A stretch of 64,000 nt of DNA from Candidatus Parcubacteria bacterium (GCA_016196625.1 JACPXH010000024.1:1206-65205); one strand, 5' to 3'; shown: positions 27,763-37,952, counted from the stretch's first letter. The notes: generated by a model from the sequence alone, not told the origin. Numbers and translations are program-made.

Positions 27763-28257
27763 TCAGCGTTCGCGCCACGCGCAGGTAATGGCGCACGCCA
27801 GCGCGTCGGCCACGTCGTCAGGCCGGGGCGGCTTGGCAAGGCCCAAGATTAGCGCCACCATTTTACCCACCTGTTGCTTTGAGGCTCGGCCGAAGCTGGT
27901 CAGTGATTGTTTGATGGTGCCCGGAGATATGGCGTCGACCGGAATTTTGAGTCGCGCGGACGCGGCCAGCACCACGCCGCGCGCTTCGGCCACCGCCATC
28001 GCGGTTTTCACGTTTTTGGAAAAAAAGAGCTCTTCGACCGCCACGCGGTGAGGCCGGTGGCGCTTCAGGATCTGTTCGAGGGCTGTCTGCAGGCGAGCGA
28101 GGCGCTCGGACCGGTCAGCGCCGGCCGCCGTGGTGATGAGGCCGCAGGCGCGCAGTGCTAACTCGCGGCGCTTCACTACCACCACTCCGTAGCCGCACCG
28201 CGCGGTGCCGGGATCAATGCCCACAATGATCCGGCCGCGCGTCGTTTCAAGCGGCAT
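27763..28257 (-). CDS. ruvC: Holliday junction resolvase RuvC.
   Basis: N-terminus IVGIDPGTARCGYGVVV. Start set at MPLETTRG, overlapping the yebC end by 11 nt. Confidence 0.85.
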   Translation of the reverse strand: MPLETTRGRIIVGIDPGTARCGYGVVVVKRRELALRACGLITTAAGADRSERLARLQTALEQILKRHRPHRVAVEELFFSKNVKTAMAVAEARGVVLAASARLKIPVDAISPGTIKQSLTSFGRASKQQVGKMVALILGLAKPPRPDDVADALACAITCAWRER

Positions 28258-28966
28258 AGTAGACTTTAGCCACGTCGTCGCTTTCGTCCAACGCTTCGGA
28301 GAATTGCCGAAGCCGTGTCGACAGCGCGGGGTCAACGGTCTGCGGGGTTTTTGCCAGCCACTCAAGCTCAGACTCAGCGACCTCTATGTTTTTTGTCGCG
28401 ACCGCCTTTTTGACAGCCTCAAGCTTGTCTGCAGTAGTGACAACAACCAGCGCACCGTCGTCCTCGCGGAGGTCCTCTGCGCCCGCGTCAATGAGGGCGA
28501 GTTCGCACGCCTCATCGCACGCGGCCCCCGCTGCGAGCCGCACCACGCCCTTGAGGTCAAACATCCAGCGTACCGATCCGGATTCGCCGAGTTTGCCGCC
28601 GTGGTCGGCGAGAATATGTCGTATTTCAGCCAGGGCGCGGTTGCGATTGGCGGTCATGACCTTGACGAGCAGCGGCACGCCGCCCGGACCATAGGCCTCA
28701 AGAAGTATTTCTTCAATGTGGGCCGCGTTTTTATCTTCGCCCGTGCCGCGTTTTAGGGCGCGGTCAATATTGTCCGCAGGCATGTTAAGATCGTGCGCTT
28801 TTTCAACCGCAATCCGGAGCTTTGCGTTCGTAGCCGGATCGCCGGAGCCGCCCTCGCGGGCAGCCACCGAGATCATCTTGGCGAGTTTCGAGAAATTTTT
28901 CCCCTTGCGGGCGTCGGTGATGGCTTTTTGATGCTTCACCTTGGCCCATTTGGAATGGCCGGACAT
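28247..28966 (-). CDS. yebC: YebC/PmpR-family probable transcriptional regulator.
   Basis: Start set at MSGHSKWAKVKHQK, the family-typical N-terminus. Confidence 0.85.
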   Translation of the reverse strand: MSGHSKWAKVKHQKAITDARKGKNFSKLAKMISVAAREGGSGDPATNAKLRIAVEKAHDLNMPADNIDRALKRGTGEDKNAAHIEEILLEAYGPGGVPLLVKVMTANRNRALAEIRHILADHGGKLGESGSVRWMFDLKGVVRLAAGAACDEACELALIDAGAEDLREDDGALVVVTTADKLEAVKKAVATKNIEVAESELEWLAKTPQTVDPALSTRLRQFSEALDESDDVAKVYYAA

Positions 28967-29064
28967 AGCAAGATGAGTGTACCCGAAAGATCGGCGCACG
29001 GAAAGGCGCCGGCGTTAGGGCAGAACGCGCGCGTCCTTGACTTTTGTAGATAAAGTACTATCTT

Positions 29065-29709
29065 TTGTTTGAAAGACGTTCTTTTACAGCGCGGCGTAAA
29101 CGCGCAAGGAGGCGGGAAATGGACCGGTCTAGAGCCACACGGGTAGTCTATACACCTGCGTATCTCTCTTCATTGATCGCCATGCGGGAATCTGTTGGTT
29201 GGGGCTGTACAGTGCCTGGATGTGATGCCGGACGCAGCGAAGGAAGCCGGAACCCTTGGGGCGCCTGTTCCTTTCATAACCAGCTCATATCCATGGCGTT
29301 ATATCAGGCACGTCGGCGTCGCGTGGCAGTCGTTACCCGTTCTGGAATACCACTACCAGATTCGATGAAGCGAGACGCCAAGGGTAGACCCGTCGCTTCG
29401 TCAAGCCGTTTAATTAAGCACGGGGCCTACATCATGTGCCGTGAAGACCTTGAGTGGCTCCGGCATACAGCGCAGCGACTGAGTAAGGCCTGTCAGCGGC
29501 GGGTAAGCATGAGCGAACTTATCCGGCTCGCGCTGGGTCAACTCCGCGGCAGGACACCAGAGGAACTTCTTGATCTACGGGAGAAGGCATTCCCGCCTAT
29601 GCCCTGGCGAGATATTCGGGTGACCCCCTCGCTTCCCAAAAAGAAAGATCTGCGGAGAGGGGCGAGGAGGATGACTAACGCAGTTCATCGGGAGGAGGCT
29701 TCGAGATGA
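29065..29709 (+). CDS. Putative DNA-binding regulator with an N-terminal Cys/His Zn-finger-like segment (CTVPGCD...CSFH) and a C-terminal ribbon-helix-helix-like segment (GAYIMCREDLEWLRHTAQRLSKACQRRVSMSELIRLALGQL). The likely start is MDRSRAT at 29119.
   Basis: Motif reading; lower GC than the flanks (by eye). Confidence 0.4.
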   Translation: MFERRSFTARRKRARRREMDRSRATRVVYTPAYLSSLIAMRESVGWGCTVPGCDAGRSEGSRNPWGACSFHNQLISMALYQARRRRVAVVTRSGIPLPDSMKRDAKGRPVASSSRLIKHGAYIMCREDLEWLRHTAQRLSKACQRRVSMSELIRLALGQLRGRTPEELLDLREKAFPPMPWRDIRVTPSLPKKKDLRRGARRMTNAVHREEASR

Positions 29710-30545
29710 CGACGGTAGGACCAGAGGCAAGAGCGCAGTGGGATCGTCCGCCGGTTCCATTGGCGGATCCGGAAACAGGCAAGAAGATCAAGTTGCAGCT
29801 TCGGGTGATGAGCTTCCATGTGGAGCTCGACAAGCTGCCAGCGAGTATGCTCGAGGTTCACAAGATCTTCACCTCGAGCCGCACCAACAAAAACGCCGAA
29901 ACATACAAAATGGTTTCGGCCTGGCAGAAGCTGTCGAGGCATGAACGGTACTGGACCACCTTTCAGTTCCAGACCGAGGCCGAATACCTCGTCTACTACG
30001 ACTTGCCCGATGGGGCAACTCTTGGTAGGTGGTACGTACTCGTTAGTCTCTTCGACCGCGCAACCTTCGTGCTTCTGGGCCCGGATGTCCTTTACTTCAT
30101 GACCCAGGTTGTCATGGAGTATCAGTCCGACACCGATACGAGAAAGAATGACTACCAGGCCATCTTCGATCAGTATTGTCGCGTCCACGACAGCTTCGAC
30201 AAAGCCGCGTTTTACAAGGTGATGCGCGGCTATGTTGAGGAGAAGTATCCAAAGCGTCAGGCTGGCACCGCTGGGGAAGGTCGAGAGAATGGACGCGGTC
30301 GAGATGTGCTTCGCCCCGGTAGGCAGAAGGAACGGGTGGTCACCCATGCGCCCAAGGGCCAGAAGGTGGGGCCGACGATCGAGTTTGACTTCGCATGGAA
30401 GGAGCGGAGATGTCCTTCCTGCGCGGCAAAGATCACGGTCATCAAGGCCTTCCAGGAGCACGCGTTGCTCCTTGAGGGCATCATCCGGAAGAAGCTCGGG
30501 AGCAAGCACGTGCCCCAGCGGCCAGCGGTGCTCAAGGATCTTTAA
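29706..30545 (+). CDS. Hypothetical protein (279 aa) with a CPSC motif near the C-terminus, translationally coupled (ATGA) to the upstream regulator.
   Basis: ORF track. Confidence 0.4.
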   Translation: MTTVGPEARAQWDRPPVPLADPETGKKIKLQLRVMSFHVELDKLPASMLEVHKIFTSSRTNKNAETYKMVSAWQKLSRHERYWTTFQFQTEAEYLVYYDLPDGATLGRWYVLVSLFDRATFVLLGPDVLYFMTQVVMEYQSDTDTRKNDYQAIFDQYCRVHDSFDKAAFYKVMRGYVEEKYPKRQAGTAGEGRENGRGRDVLRPGRQKERVVTHAPKGQKVGPTIEFDFAWKERRCPSCAAKITVIKAFQEHALLLEGIIRKKLGSKHVPQRPAVLKDL

Positions 30546-30569
30546 GGAAGGAGGGACGAACAAAGGAGA

Positions 30570-30607
30570 GACCGACCCAGGCAGTATGCTGGGTCGGTTT
30601 TTGTTTG
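30570..30607. terminator. Bidirectional rho-independent terminator between convergent genes (GACCGACCCAG-GCAGTATG-CTGGGTCGGT followed by TTTTGTTTGTG).
   Basis: 10-bp stem plus T-run. Confidence 0.55.
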
Positions 30608-30630
30608 TGTTTATGTGCGGGTGTTCGCAA

Positions 30631-32037
30631 CTATCCCGCGCGTATAAGAAACCGCGAGACGAACCCGCCGACGATGGCGCCGCCAACGAGGATGCCGACG
30701 CCAAGCAGCCACGGCGGGATATTAGCTGGTTGACCCGGCAGGGTGGCGGCGAGGAGCTGCGAGGTGGTGGCTGAAGAGGTTGGATTGGGCGTTGTTTCGT
30801 CAGGGTTCGCCACAGCCGTTTGGCCGGCGCGTTCGGGCGAGGGTGAGGCCAACGTGGGCTGGGATTTTGCTATCGGCGGTGGCGGAAGCGACAGTGTGGC
30901 TGGTAAGAGCGTCTCGGTTCGGCCTTCATACTCGGATTCGGTATCCGGTGGTGGCTGGGGTGGGGGAGGAACTGCTGGCGGCGGCTGCGTCTTCGGGGCA
31001 ATTTGTTTTTCCGCAAACACATTCGTTGCGGCCGGGGTTGGTTGGTAGGTCCAATGCCACGATCCGCCGGCCTCTTTGGCATAAGCAGCGCCTTCAGGCG
31101 CTTTGCCGAAGGTTACGACTTCAATAAACTCGCCTGACGGCCACATCAGCTTCACTTCATCGCCCGTGTTGGTAAGTGCGATTTTTGAAACCGCGCGTGG
31201 CACGAGCATGTATCCAGACGGCGCTATCATAGTTTTATCCGGGAACGTATACACGCCGCCCGCGGTGCTGTCGTCGAGCATGAGCCCGCTTATATCCGCT
31301 TCCTGGTTTTCAAGGTTCATAATCTCAATCCACTCACCCTTAGCATCGTCGCCAACCGGGTCCGGCAAAAACTCCGAGAGTGCCACGCGCGGCAATGGCT
31401 TGGGCGGTGGTTGCGGATTCGAGCTATTCGGTGGAGGCGGCGTGGGCGATGCGGGTTCTGGCGGAGGAGGGGTGGGCGGTGGCGGCGCTACCGCGGCCAC
31501 GACGCCCGGCGTGCCGCCGTCTGTCGAACCCTCTTGCCACGGTGCGGTTGGGTTCGTGCAGGGGTCCGCGCGCTCGAGCGATCGACCGTTTCCCTTGGCT
31601 CCCATACCTGAATCGTAGGCGGTGGTCGCCACGACTGCGCCGCCGTCGATAAGCTGGAGGGTGGAACTCGTGTTTTTGAGATTCATCACCGTATCCATGA
31701 CCGTGCCGGGAACCCCCGGGTGTTCGGCAAGGAACGTCGGCGCATCCGCGGTAAGAATGAGGACATTGTTTTGATTGAGTGTGGTACTGCCCTGCACCGG
31801 ATCGTTCAGGATATGATTCGCGCCGTCGTTGAATCGCCAGCTGCCGCTGCCCGAGCCGGTGGCAATCGCGATCGCATCCGGTCCGCAATTCACAACCTCT
31901 ACCCATTCGCGGTCAGTATCGTTTCCCGGCAGGTCGTACATGATTTCCGAAAATACGAGCGCCGCCCCCGCCGACGCGGGGGCGGCGCTGAGAGCCGCCA
32001 CCGTAACGGCGATCAGTACGAGACTGCGCTTGTGCAT
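30631..32037 (-). CDS. Surface protein with two lamin-tail-domain (LTD)-like modules separated by Pro-rich linkers and a C-terminal TM anchor.
   Basis: Signal peptide MHKRSLVLIAVTVAALSAAPASAGA; repeats SEIMYDLPGNDTDREWVEVVN and LSEFLPDPVGDDAKGEWIEIMN; PPPPTPPPP linkers. Start set at the internal ATG 32037. Confidence 0.65.
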   Translation of the reverse strand: MHKRSLVLIAVTVAALSAAPASAGAALVFSEIMYDLPGNDTDREWVEVVNCGPDAIAIATGSGSGSWRFNDGANHILNDPVQGSTTLNQNNVLILTADAPTFLAEHPGVPGTVMDTVMNLKNTSSTLQLIDGGAVVATTAYDSGMGAKGNGRSLERADPCTNPTAPWQEGSTDGGTPGVVAAVAPPPPTPPPPEPASPTPPPPNSSNPQPPPKPLPRVALSEFLPDPVGDDAKGEWIEIMNLENQEADISGLMLDDSTAGGVYTFPDKTMIAPSGYMLVPRAVSKIALTNTGDEVKLMWPSGEFIEVVTFGKAPEGAAYAKEAGGSWHWTYQPTPAATNVFAEKQIAPKTQPPPAVPPPPQPPPDTESEYEGRTETLLPATLSLPPPPIAKSQPTLASPSPERAGQTAVANPDETTPNPTSSATTSQLLAATLPGQPANIPPWLLGVGILVGGAIVGGFVSRFLIRAG

Positions 32038-32072
32038 ACTAGATTCCGCGCTTCGCAAGGCGGCATGCCCGA

Positions 32073-32630
32073 TCACAGCCCGCCCACATTCTGCGGCAGC
32101 ATGGTTTCGTCGTGGTGCTGCCGGGCGCGTTGAACCGCGGCTTCGTAACACGCCAGGATTTGCTGTTTGGCATGGTTGGGGTTCGGCACCTGCTTGAAGC
32201 AGAATTTTTCTTCTTCGCCCGCAGTCTGCACTTGGAGTTCTCCGAAATCAAAGAGCGTGGGTACTAGCCCGTTGATGTGGGTGGAGACGTCCTGCACTTT
32301 TAAGATATTGAACTCAGCTATTTCACGCCGGAAGAGCCCCTTCTGTTCAATGGCAATTACGCGCTCTGACGTTACGATCCAGACGTCGAGATAGTAGTCA
32401 ACCACCACGGCGAAAAAGGCGAGCCAAAGCGCGAGGTAGTATAGGCTCGCGGCGAAAGCGATGAGTTGCACCCCGCCCCCTAAGAGCGCCGGCCAGAACT
32501 GTTGTAGCGCCGCCACCGCCGCGACCGGCCCCAACGCCAACAAAGTAGCGAGCGCAATGTAAGCTGCGGCAATCAGCCAATGCCGGCGCAGCACGAGGAG
32601 AGGTTCTTCATGGGGGCGGAGCTGAATCAT
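32073..32630 (-). CDS. Membrane protein with a bacterial PH-like (bPH_2/YdbT-like) domain.
   Basis: Two TM helices followed by the LDVWIVTSERVIAIE...ILKVQDV pattern. Confidence 0.45.
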   Translation of the reverse strand: MIQLRPHEEPLLVLRRHWLIAAAYIALATLLALGPVAAVAALQQFWPALLGGGVQLIAFAASLYYLALWLAFFAVVVDYYLDVWIVTSERVIAIEQKGLFRREIAEFNILKVQDVSTHINGLVPTLFDFGELQVQTAGEEEKFCFKQVPNPNHAKQQILACYEAAVQRARQHHDETMLPQNVGGL

Positions 32631-32857
32631 GGGGTAAGATGTGCGAATAGTTCCGCCAGGTTGTCCCACGGTACTGCCATGAACGAAGCGATGGCGCTAG
32701 CGATCAGCACGGCGGTGGCAACGAGGAACAGAGAAGCCAGCCACACGCCCAGGTCTCCCGGGATGCGGTAGGTGAGGAAATGCCAGGCAATGGCAGCCGC
32801 GGCTGCGAGCGCGGCGGCGAGGATGAAGAGAAAGATGATGGCGGCGATGAGAAACAT
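32627..32857 (-). CDS. Possible small (76 aa) two-TM membrane protein (MFLIAAIIFLFILAAALAAAAAIAWHF...).
   Basis: Internal start of the track ORF; strongly hydrophobic. Confidence 0.25.
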   Translation of the reverse strand: MFLIAAIIFLFILAAALAAAAAIAWHFLTYRIPGDLGVWLASLFLVATAVLIASAIASFMAVPWDNLAELFAHLTP

Positions 32858-32882
32858 ACGGGGGATGTTTTTTGAATTTCGG

Positions 32883-33908
32883 TCAGAGCAATCTCGCCAC
32901 AGCACCTTTACCAAGGTGCGCATACGCCTTGGCCGTTGCCGTCCTTCCCCGCGGCGTGCGCTCAATGAAGCCAAGCTGCAACAAGTAGGGTTCGTATACG
33001 TCTTCGATGGTGCCTTCGTCTTCAGCCGTGGCCGCAGCGAGGGTTTTAAGGCCCACGGGCCCGCCGCGGAACTGTTCAATGAGCGCGGTCAGCAATCTGC
33101 GGTCAGTGGGTTCAAGTCCTTCAGCGTCCACTTCCAGCATGCGGAGTGCCTCGCGGGCGGTGTCGGGGCTCACGACAGTTTCCCCGCGCGTCTGGGCGAG
33201 ATCGCGGACACGTTTTAAGAGGCGGTTGGCGGTGCGCGGGGTGGCCCGGCTTGAAACCGCGATGAGTCGGCGCGCCTCGGCGGCCAGCGTTATGTTGAGT
33301 AGCCGGCTCGACCGCTCAAGAATCTGTTCAATTTCCGGAGCTTCATAGAAATCGAGCCGCCAGGTGGTGCCAAAACGGCTGCGCAGCGGCGCCGAAAGCA
33401 TTGCTGGTCGAGTTGTGGCGGCAATGAGGGTAAAAGTTGGGAGCTGCAGCTCGAGCGTGCGGGCGCCCGGGCCCCGGCCCAAGATGATGTGGAGCGATCG
33501 GGCTTCCAGCGCCGGGTACAGGAGCTCTTCGACAGGCTTGGCAAGCCGGTGGATTTCGTCAATAAATAGGACGCTCTTTTCCGCAAGGTTAGTGAGGATT
33601 GCCGCCAAGTCTCCGGTTCGTTCAATCGCCGGGCCGGTTGTGGGCGTGAGAGCAGCTCCCATTTCAGCCGCAATGAGGTGAGCGAGACTGGTTTTCCCAA
33701 GCCCCGGGGGCCCATAGAAAAGTAGGTGGTCCAAGGGTTCACCTCGGCTCTTGGCCGCCTCAATGGCGACCCAAAGGTTGGCTTTGAGTTTTTTCTGGCC
33801 GATGAACTCTTGCCAGTTCCGCGGTCGGAGCGTGGCGTCAAGCACCGGGTCAGGGCTGCTTTTTTTGGCGTTTTGAGGTACCATACAGGGCTTGACAGGT
33901 GACTCCAT
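32883..33908 (-). CDS. ruvB: Holliday junction branch migration ATPase RuvB.
   Basis: Walker [16 protein letters not shown], Walker [10 protein letters not shown], sensor and arginine-finger regions. Confidence 0.9.
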   Translation of the reverse strand: MESPVKPCMVPQNAKKSSPDPVLDATLRPRNWQEFIGQKKLKANLWVAIEAAKSRGEPLDHLLFYGPPGLGKTSLAHLIAAEMGAALTPTTGPAIERTGDLAAILTNLAEKSVLFIDEIHRLAKPVEELLYPALEARSLHIILGRGPGARTLELQLPTFTLIAATTRPAMLSAPLRSRFGTTWRLDFYEAPEIEQILERSSRLLNITLAAEARRLIAVSSRATPRTANRLLKRVRDLAQTRGETVVSPDTAREALRMLEVDAEGLEPTDRRLLTALIEQFRGGPVGLKTLAAATAEDEGTIEDVYEPYLLQLGFIERTPRGRTATAKAYAHLGKGAVARLL

Positions 33909-34416
33909 TAGCGCTACAATGGGGTGTCCTTAGAAATTCGTTTGAGCCGCCTTGTTCTTTTGGAAAGGCGGAGTGTGGGTTTACCCAACGCACCAGAAGG
34001 CCATCGGCTCCTGCCGGTGGATGAATAGTTGGTGCGTAGGCCTTCGGTGCGGGGTTCCGCCCCGCCACCGAAATGAGAGGTGCCGCCGACTCCCATCGGC
34101 GGGGCTCCACGTTCAGTATACTCCTGTTTCTCACGGGCTCGATATTTCGGAATGTCGAGATGTCGCGTTTCGTGGGAGGCGCCAATCTGTAGGCAATTGG
34201 GGTACGGGTTTCACTCGAACCCTCTGGGGGCGAACTGCAGACGGATGTTCTGGTTTCGACTGGGGCATATCTCGGGTTCGCTCTTTACCTCCATCCCTCG
34301 GTGGTGGGGAAATTGCCTGCAGGTTGGCGTTGACGCAGACGTTCTTTCAATTTGCAGTAGATCGTTCGGGTTTCGACCCGGACCAGGATGCGTCCGAAGG
34401 GCGCGGGAGGTTAGAG

Positions 34417-34689
34417 ATGAGACAGCAGAGGCACCCCTTTGATTCCGGGTGTTCGCAGTGTCGGTTAGCTAAACGTAGGACATGGCTATTAATTTGGATA
34501 GCTTTCGGCGCGGCCCCGGCGACGTTCGGTGCAATGCTGGTTGGTTGGGAGGCCGGCGCGTTCGCTGGTGGTGTGGTTGGGGTGTGCAGCGCGCTGGGCG
34601 CACTTATCTCCGTGAGGGGCATGGGTAAGCACAACGCTCATGTGATCGGAGGAAGCCATGAAGGCAGCGGCGGGACAAGAGGGCGGTAG
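34417..34689 (+). CDS. Small (91 aa) membrane protein; SD GGGAGG 7 nt upstream.
   Basis: Internal ATG of track ORF 33952-34689; hydrophobic helices. Confidence 0.35.
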   Translation: MRQQRHPFDSGCSQCRLAKRRTWLLIWIAFGAAPATFGAMLVGWEAGAFAGGVVGVCSALGALISVRGMGKHNAHVIGGSHEGSGGTRGR

Positions 34690-34927
34690 CAAACACCACG
34701 ACCCGCAGTGTTGGAAGTGTAAATGGTTCGGACGTCTCAGCGCGATATCTGTTTGCTCGGCAGTCGGCACTATGGCGTTGTTTTGGGTCGGATTGTTCTT
34801 GGGCAACCCCTTTTTGATTTTTGGCCCCCTGATCGGATTCGTCGTCTTTGGCGTCTGTCTGATCGGGCTGGTCTTCATCTTCCGCCGCGGGGGTCATCGC
34901 ATTCATGCGGCACCGCAGCGGGGATAA
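34658..34927 (+). CDS. Small (89 aa) membrane protein; SD GGAGGA upstream.
   Basis: ORF track; two TM helices. Confidence 0.35.
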   Translation: MKAAAGQEGGSKHHDPQCWKCKWFGRLSAISVCSAVGTMALFWVGLFLGNPFLIFGPLIGFVVFGVCLIGLVFIFRRGGHRIHAAPQRG

Positions 34928-35109
34928 ACGAGTCAGGCTTGCCGCCTGCGCGCGAATGCGCGCAGGCGGCTTACTTTTTTGCAAAGAACGCAGGATGTTC
35001 GTTCGGAATAATGAATCCCCGGGGCGTTCCGGTCCCTCGACAAACTCGGGACATCGGAACGCCCGTTCGGCCGGGCCAACGACAAGCAGTTGTCGTTGGC
35101 CGCGCGGCC

Positions 35110-36771
35110 TCACCCCACCACCCGCTCCATTTCTTCAATCGTCGTAATTCCCTCAAGCACCCGCAAGAGTCCGTCGTCGCGCAATGTTACCATGCCCTGT
35201 TTTAACGCAGCGTGCTGGAGGCTGGTTTCGGTCGGTTGCGACAAAATAATTTTCTCAATTTCTTCGTCAAACCGGAACATTTCATAGACCGCAATCCGGC
35301 CTTTGTAGCCGGTGTTGTGACAGGCCGCGCAGCCCTTGGCGCGGTAGAGCGCAAGGGGCTTTTTCAGGTGTGGTTGCGCCACTGCTTCTGGTAACCCCTC
35401 AATCATTTCAAAAAGTTCGTGCTCGAATTTCTTGTCCGGCGGGTACGACTCTTTGCACTTTTCGCAGAGCCGTCGTACGAGCCGTTGCGCCATCGCAAGG
35501 TTGATGGCCGGGGCAATGATGGGCGGTTTGGCGCCCAGATCAATCAAACGCGGCACCGTGCCGGCCGCATCGTTCGTATGCAAGGTTGAAAACACGAGGT
35601 GCCCGGTGAGTGAGGCGTGCAGTGCCGCCTCGGCGGTTTCCAAATCGCGAATTTCTCCCACCAAAATTACGTCCGGATCTTGGCGCACCACGGCGCGCAA
35701 AGCATCGGCAAAGTCGTATTTGTTCGCCGGATCAATCTGCGTTTGTTCAAGCCCGGCGAGGTGGTATTCAATCGGGTCTTCGATCGTGATGACTTTGATT
35801 TCAGGCGAAGCGATGCGCTTCAAGCACGCGTAGAGCGTGGTGGTTTTGCCCGACCCAGTCGGGCCGGTGGTCAAAATCATGCCGTTCGGTTCTTTCAGTT
35901 CAGCCTCAAGGAGGTTCAGCAGGTCTGGTCTCAACCCGAGCGAGCTTAGTTCAAGCGCCACCCGGTTGGGGTTAAGTACGCGCAACACCACGTTTTCGCC
36001 ATACTCGCCCGGCAGCGTTGAGGTTCGGATTTCTATTTCTACTCCGGCGGCAGCAATGGAGAACCGACCGTCTTGGGGCGACTCGGTTATGTTGAGCTTG
36101 AGACCCGAGAGCAGTTTGATGCGCTCGGTGAGCTCTTTATTTTCTCCGGTTGGAATTTCGGTAATGTCTTCCAGTACACCGTCAAGGCGCAGGCGAATCT
36201 TGCCTGCTCCTGCGGCAGGTTCGATGTGCACGTCGGAAGCGTCAAGCGCAAGCGTGCCCGCCAAGAGCACCTCGAGGGCGTCCGTGGCCTCTGCGGGCAG
36301 CACGCGTTCAATCTCCCCGCGCAGGGCCGCAAAGGACGTAAGTGTTTTTTGCAGCGCTTCAATCCGCGTTTGCGAAATCGCAACGCGGCCGGTGATGGCT
36401 TTTGGTTTCGGTCGGACGTCTCGATAAATTTTCCACGCTTTCTCGAGGCTGGCCCGGGAAGCCACAAACAGGTGCGACTCAAACCCGTCTCCGGCAAGTT
36501 GGGCTAAGGTTTTTTTCGCTTCGCCGTCCTTGGGGTCCTCCAGCGCGATTCGCAAGGCAAATCCGGTTCTCTGGACGATGGCAAGTCGCCCTCGCCGCGC
36601 TTCGGGTTCGGGGACCATGACGATGGCTTCGGCGTCAATGGGCACGGTCTGCAGGTTCACGTACGGCAGCTGCAGGGACTGGGCGTGCCGCTCGGCCGCG
36701 CGCTCTTCTTCGCCGCGGCGTATAGCCTTGAGTTTTGCCTCCTGCTTTTCGGAAGGAAAGTGGAGTGGCAT
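35110..36771 (-). CDS. GspE/PilB-family type II secretion / type IV pilus assembly ATPase.
   Basis: Walker A GPTGSGKTTT, Asp box, Walker B ILVGEIRD, His box, tetracysteine motif CEKC...CAAC. Confidence 0.85.
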   Translation of the reverse strand: MPLHFPSEKQEAKLKAIRRGEEERAAERHAQSLQLPYVNLQTVPIDAEAIVMVPEPEARRGRLAIVQRTGFALRIALEDPKDGEAKKTLAQLAGDGFESHLFVASRASLEKAWKIYRDVRPKPKAITGRVAISQTRIEALQKTLTSFAALRGEIERVLPAEATDALEVLLAGTLALDASDVHIEPAAGAGKIRLRLDGVLEDITEIPTGENKELTERIKLLSGLKLNITESPQDGRFSIAAAGVEIEIRTSTLPGEYGENVVLRVLNPNRVALELSSLGLRPDLLNLLEAELKEPNGMILTTGPTGSGKTTTLYACLKRIASPEIKVITIEDPIEYHLAGLEQTQIDPANKYDFADALRAVVRQDPDVILVGEIRDLETAEAALHASLTGHLVFSTLHTNDAAGTVPRLIDLGAKPPIIAPAINLAMAQRLVRRLCEKCKESYPPDKKFEHELFEMIEGLPEAVAQPHLKKPLALYRAKGCAACHNTGYKGRIAVYEMFRFDEEIEKIILSQPTETSLQHAALKQGMVTLRDDGLLRVLEGITTIEEMERVVG

Positions 36772-36824
36772 CGGGTAGCGGTGTTGCGCTACCCACTATA
36801 GTACGTCAACCGTCCGCCGGGCGT

Positions 36825-37943
36825 CTACTCGCCGCGCCCCACTTTTCCAGAGATGCGCTCTTGTGCCTCCTCTGGGCCGATGCCCTCAAAACTGACGCGG
36901 CTCAGCGCGTCCTCGAGCCGCAGGGCGCCTTCTTCAGCCGCCAGCGTTTCGTGCTCGCGGCGGTCGGGGCTGCCGTAGAGCGCGTGCACGAGATTTCCGT
37001 CGGACCAGAGCACGAGGAGCTTCTGGAGCTGGCCGAAATGTTCCCGCAGTTCTTCCACGGCCTGCGGCAGGTCAGCCTCGGTCGTTCCGGTTTTGGAAAA
37101 ATCATAGGGCTGCAAGGTGGAAACGTAAAGACTGTTGCTTGCCGAAACCGCGGTGCGCGCTAGAATGCGGCCGGCCAACTGCAACTGGGGAATGGGCTTG
37201 GGGCCGTAGAGTTCGGCTGCGATCTTGGCGCGCTCGGCCCCGTGGTCCACGAGGCGCGCGGCGCGGTTCAAGGTTGCCGGCGTTGCTGCCGCCAACTGGA
37301 AGTTGCGAGTGGCAAGCATGAGGCTCGCAAGCAGGCACGTGGCGATCTCCGGCGTGATGGCCGAAGCGGTGATCAGCTGCATGACGATTTCAGCCACCGA
37401 GGCAACGCCCGGTTCGATCACATTGAGTTCGCCGAACTGCTCGTTTTCGGAACGCTGATCAATGTTGATGATCGGGTGCGAGAAAAACAGATCCGGATCG
37501 CGCTTGAAGGTTTCTCCCAGGCTGTCCAAATCCGGCACGCCCACGGTGATGACGAGATCGGCTGCCGGGTTGGTTTCGGGAAACGAGATATCAGTCGGCT
37601 CAAACCGCCCGTCTTTGGCGCGGAGGTAAATATCAAGGCTGTGGTCGGTTTTTTCATAGTGCAATTCGGCCACGTCTTTGGTCGAGGTGTTGAGCCGGAT
37701 GATAAATTCGTCGTCCATACCGGCCTCCACCTCCGTCATGACCTGCTTGGGTTGGGGCAAGAATGAAAGTTTTGCCGGGACGGTTACGATCACCGCCGCT
37801 TCCTTGCCTTGTCGGTCCAGGTAAAGTCCCAGCGCCAATCCCGCGGCAATTTCTTCGCCGCGGCTTGATGGCTTGGGGAAAATGAGAATGCGCTGGCTTC
37901 GCGCTATCAGCTCGGTGAATTGGGATTGGAGGTTGGGATCCAT
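36825..37943 (-). CDS. DHH/DHHA1-family phosphoesterase (NrnA-like nanoRNase / pAp phosphatase).
   Basis: DHH-type motifs and a C-terminal DHHA1-like GGH-type region; 372 aa. Confidence 0.6.
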   Translation of the reverse strand: MDPNLQSQFTELIARSQRILIFPKPSSRGEEIAAGLALGLYLDRQGKEAAVIVTVPAKLSFLPQPKQVMTEVEAGMDDEFIIRLNTSTKDVAELHYEKTDHSLDIYLRAKDGRFEPTDISFPETNPAADLVITVGVPDLDSLGETFKRDPDLFFSHPIINIDQRSENEQFGELNVIEPGVASVAEIVMQLITASAITPEIATCLLASLMLATRNFQLAAATPATLNRAARLVDHGAERAKIAAELYGPKPIPQLQLAGRILARTAVSASNSLYVSTLQPYDFSKTGTTEADLPQAVEELREHFGQLQKLLVLWSDGNLVHALYGSPDRREHETLAAEEGALRLEDALSRVSFEGIGPEEAQERISGKVGRGE

Positions 37944-37952
37944 GGGGCGGTA

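Noticed and set aside
34190-34300. tmRNA-like 5' words (GGGGGCGAACTGCAG...TTCTGGTTTCGACTGGGG).
   Set aside because: No matching 3' tRNA-like domain (T-loop/acceptor with CCA context) and no tag-peptide ORF ending in ...AA-stop could be found in either orientation. Left as an unassigned structured region.
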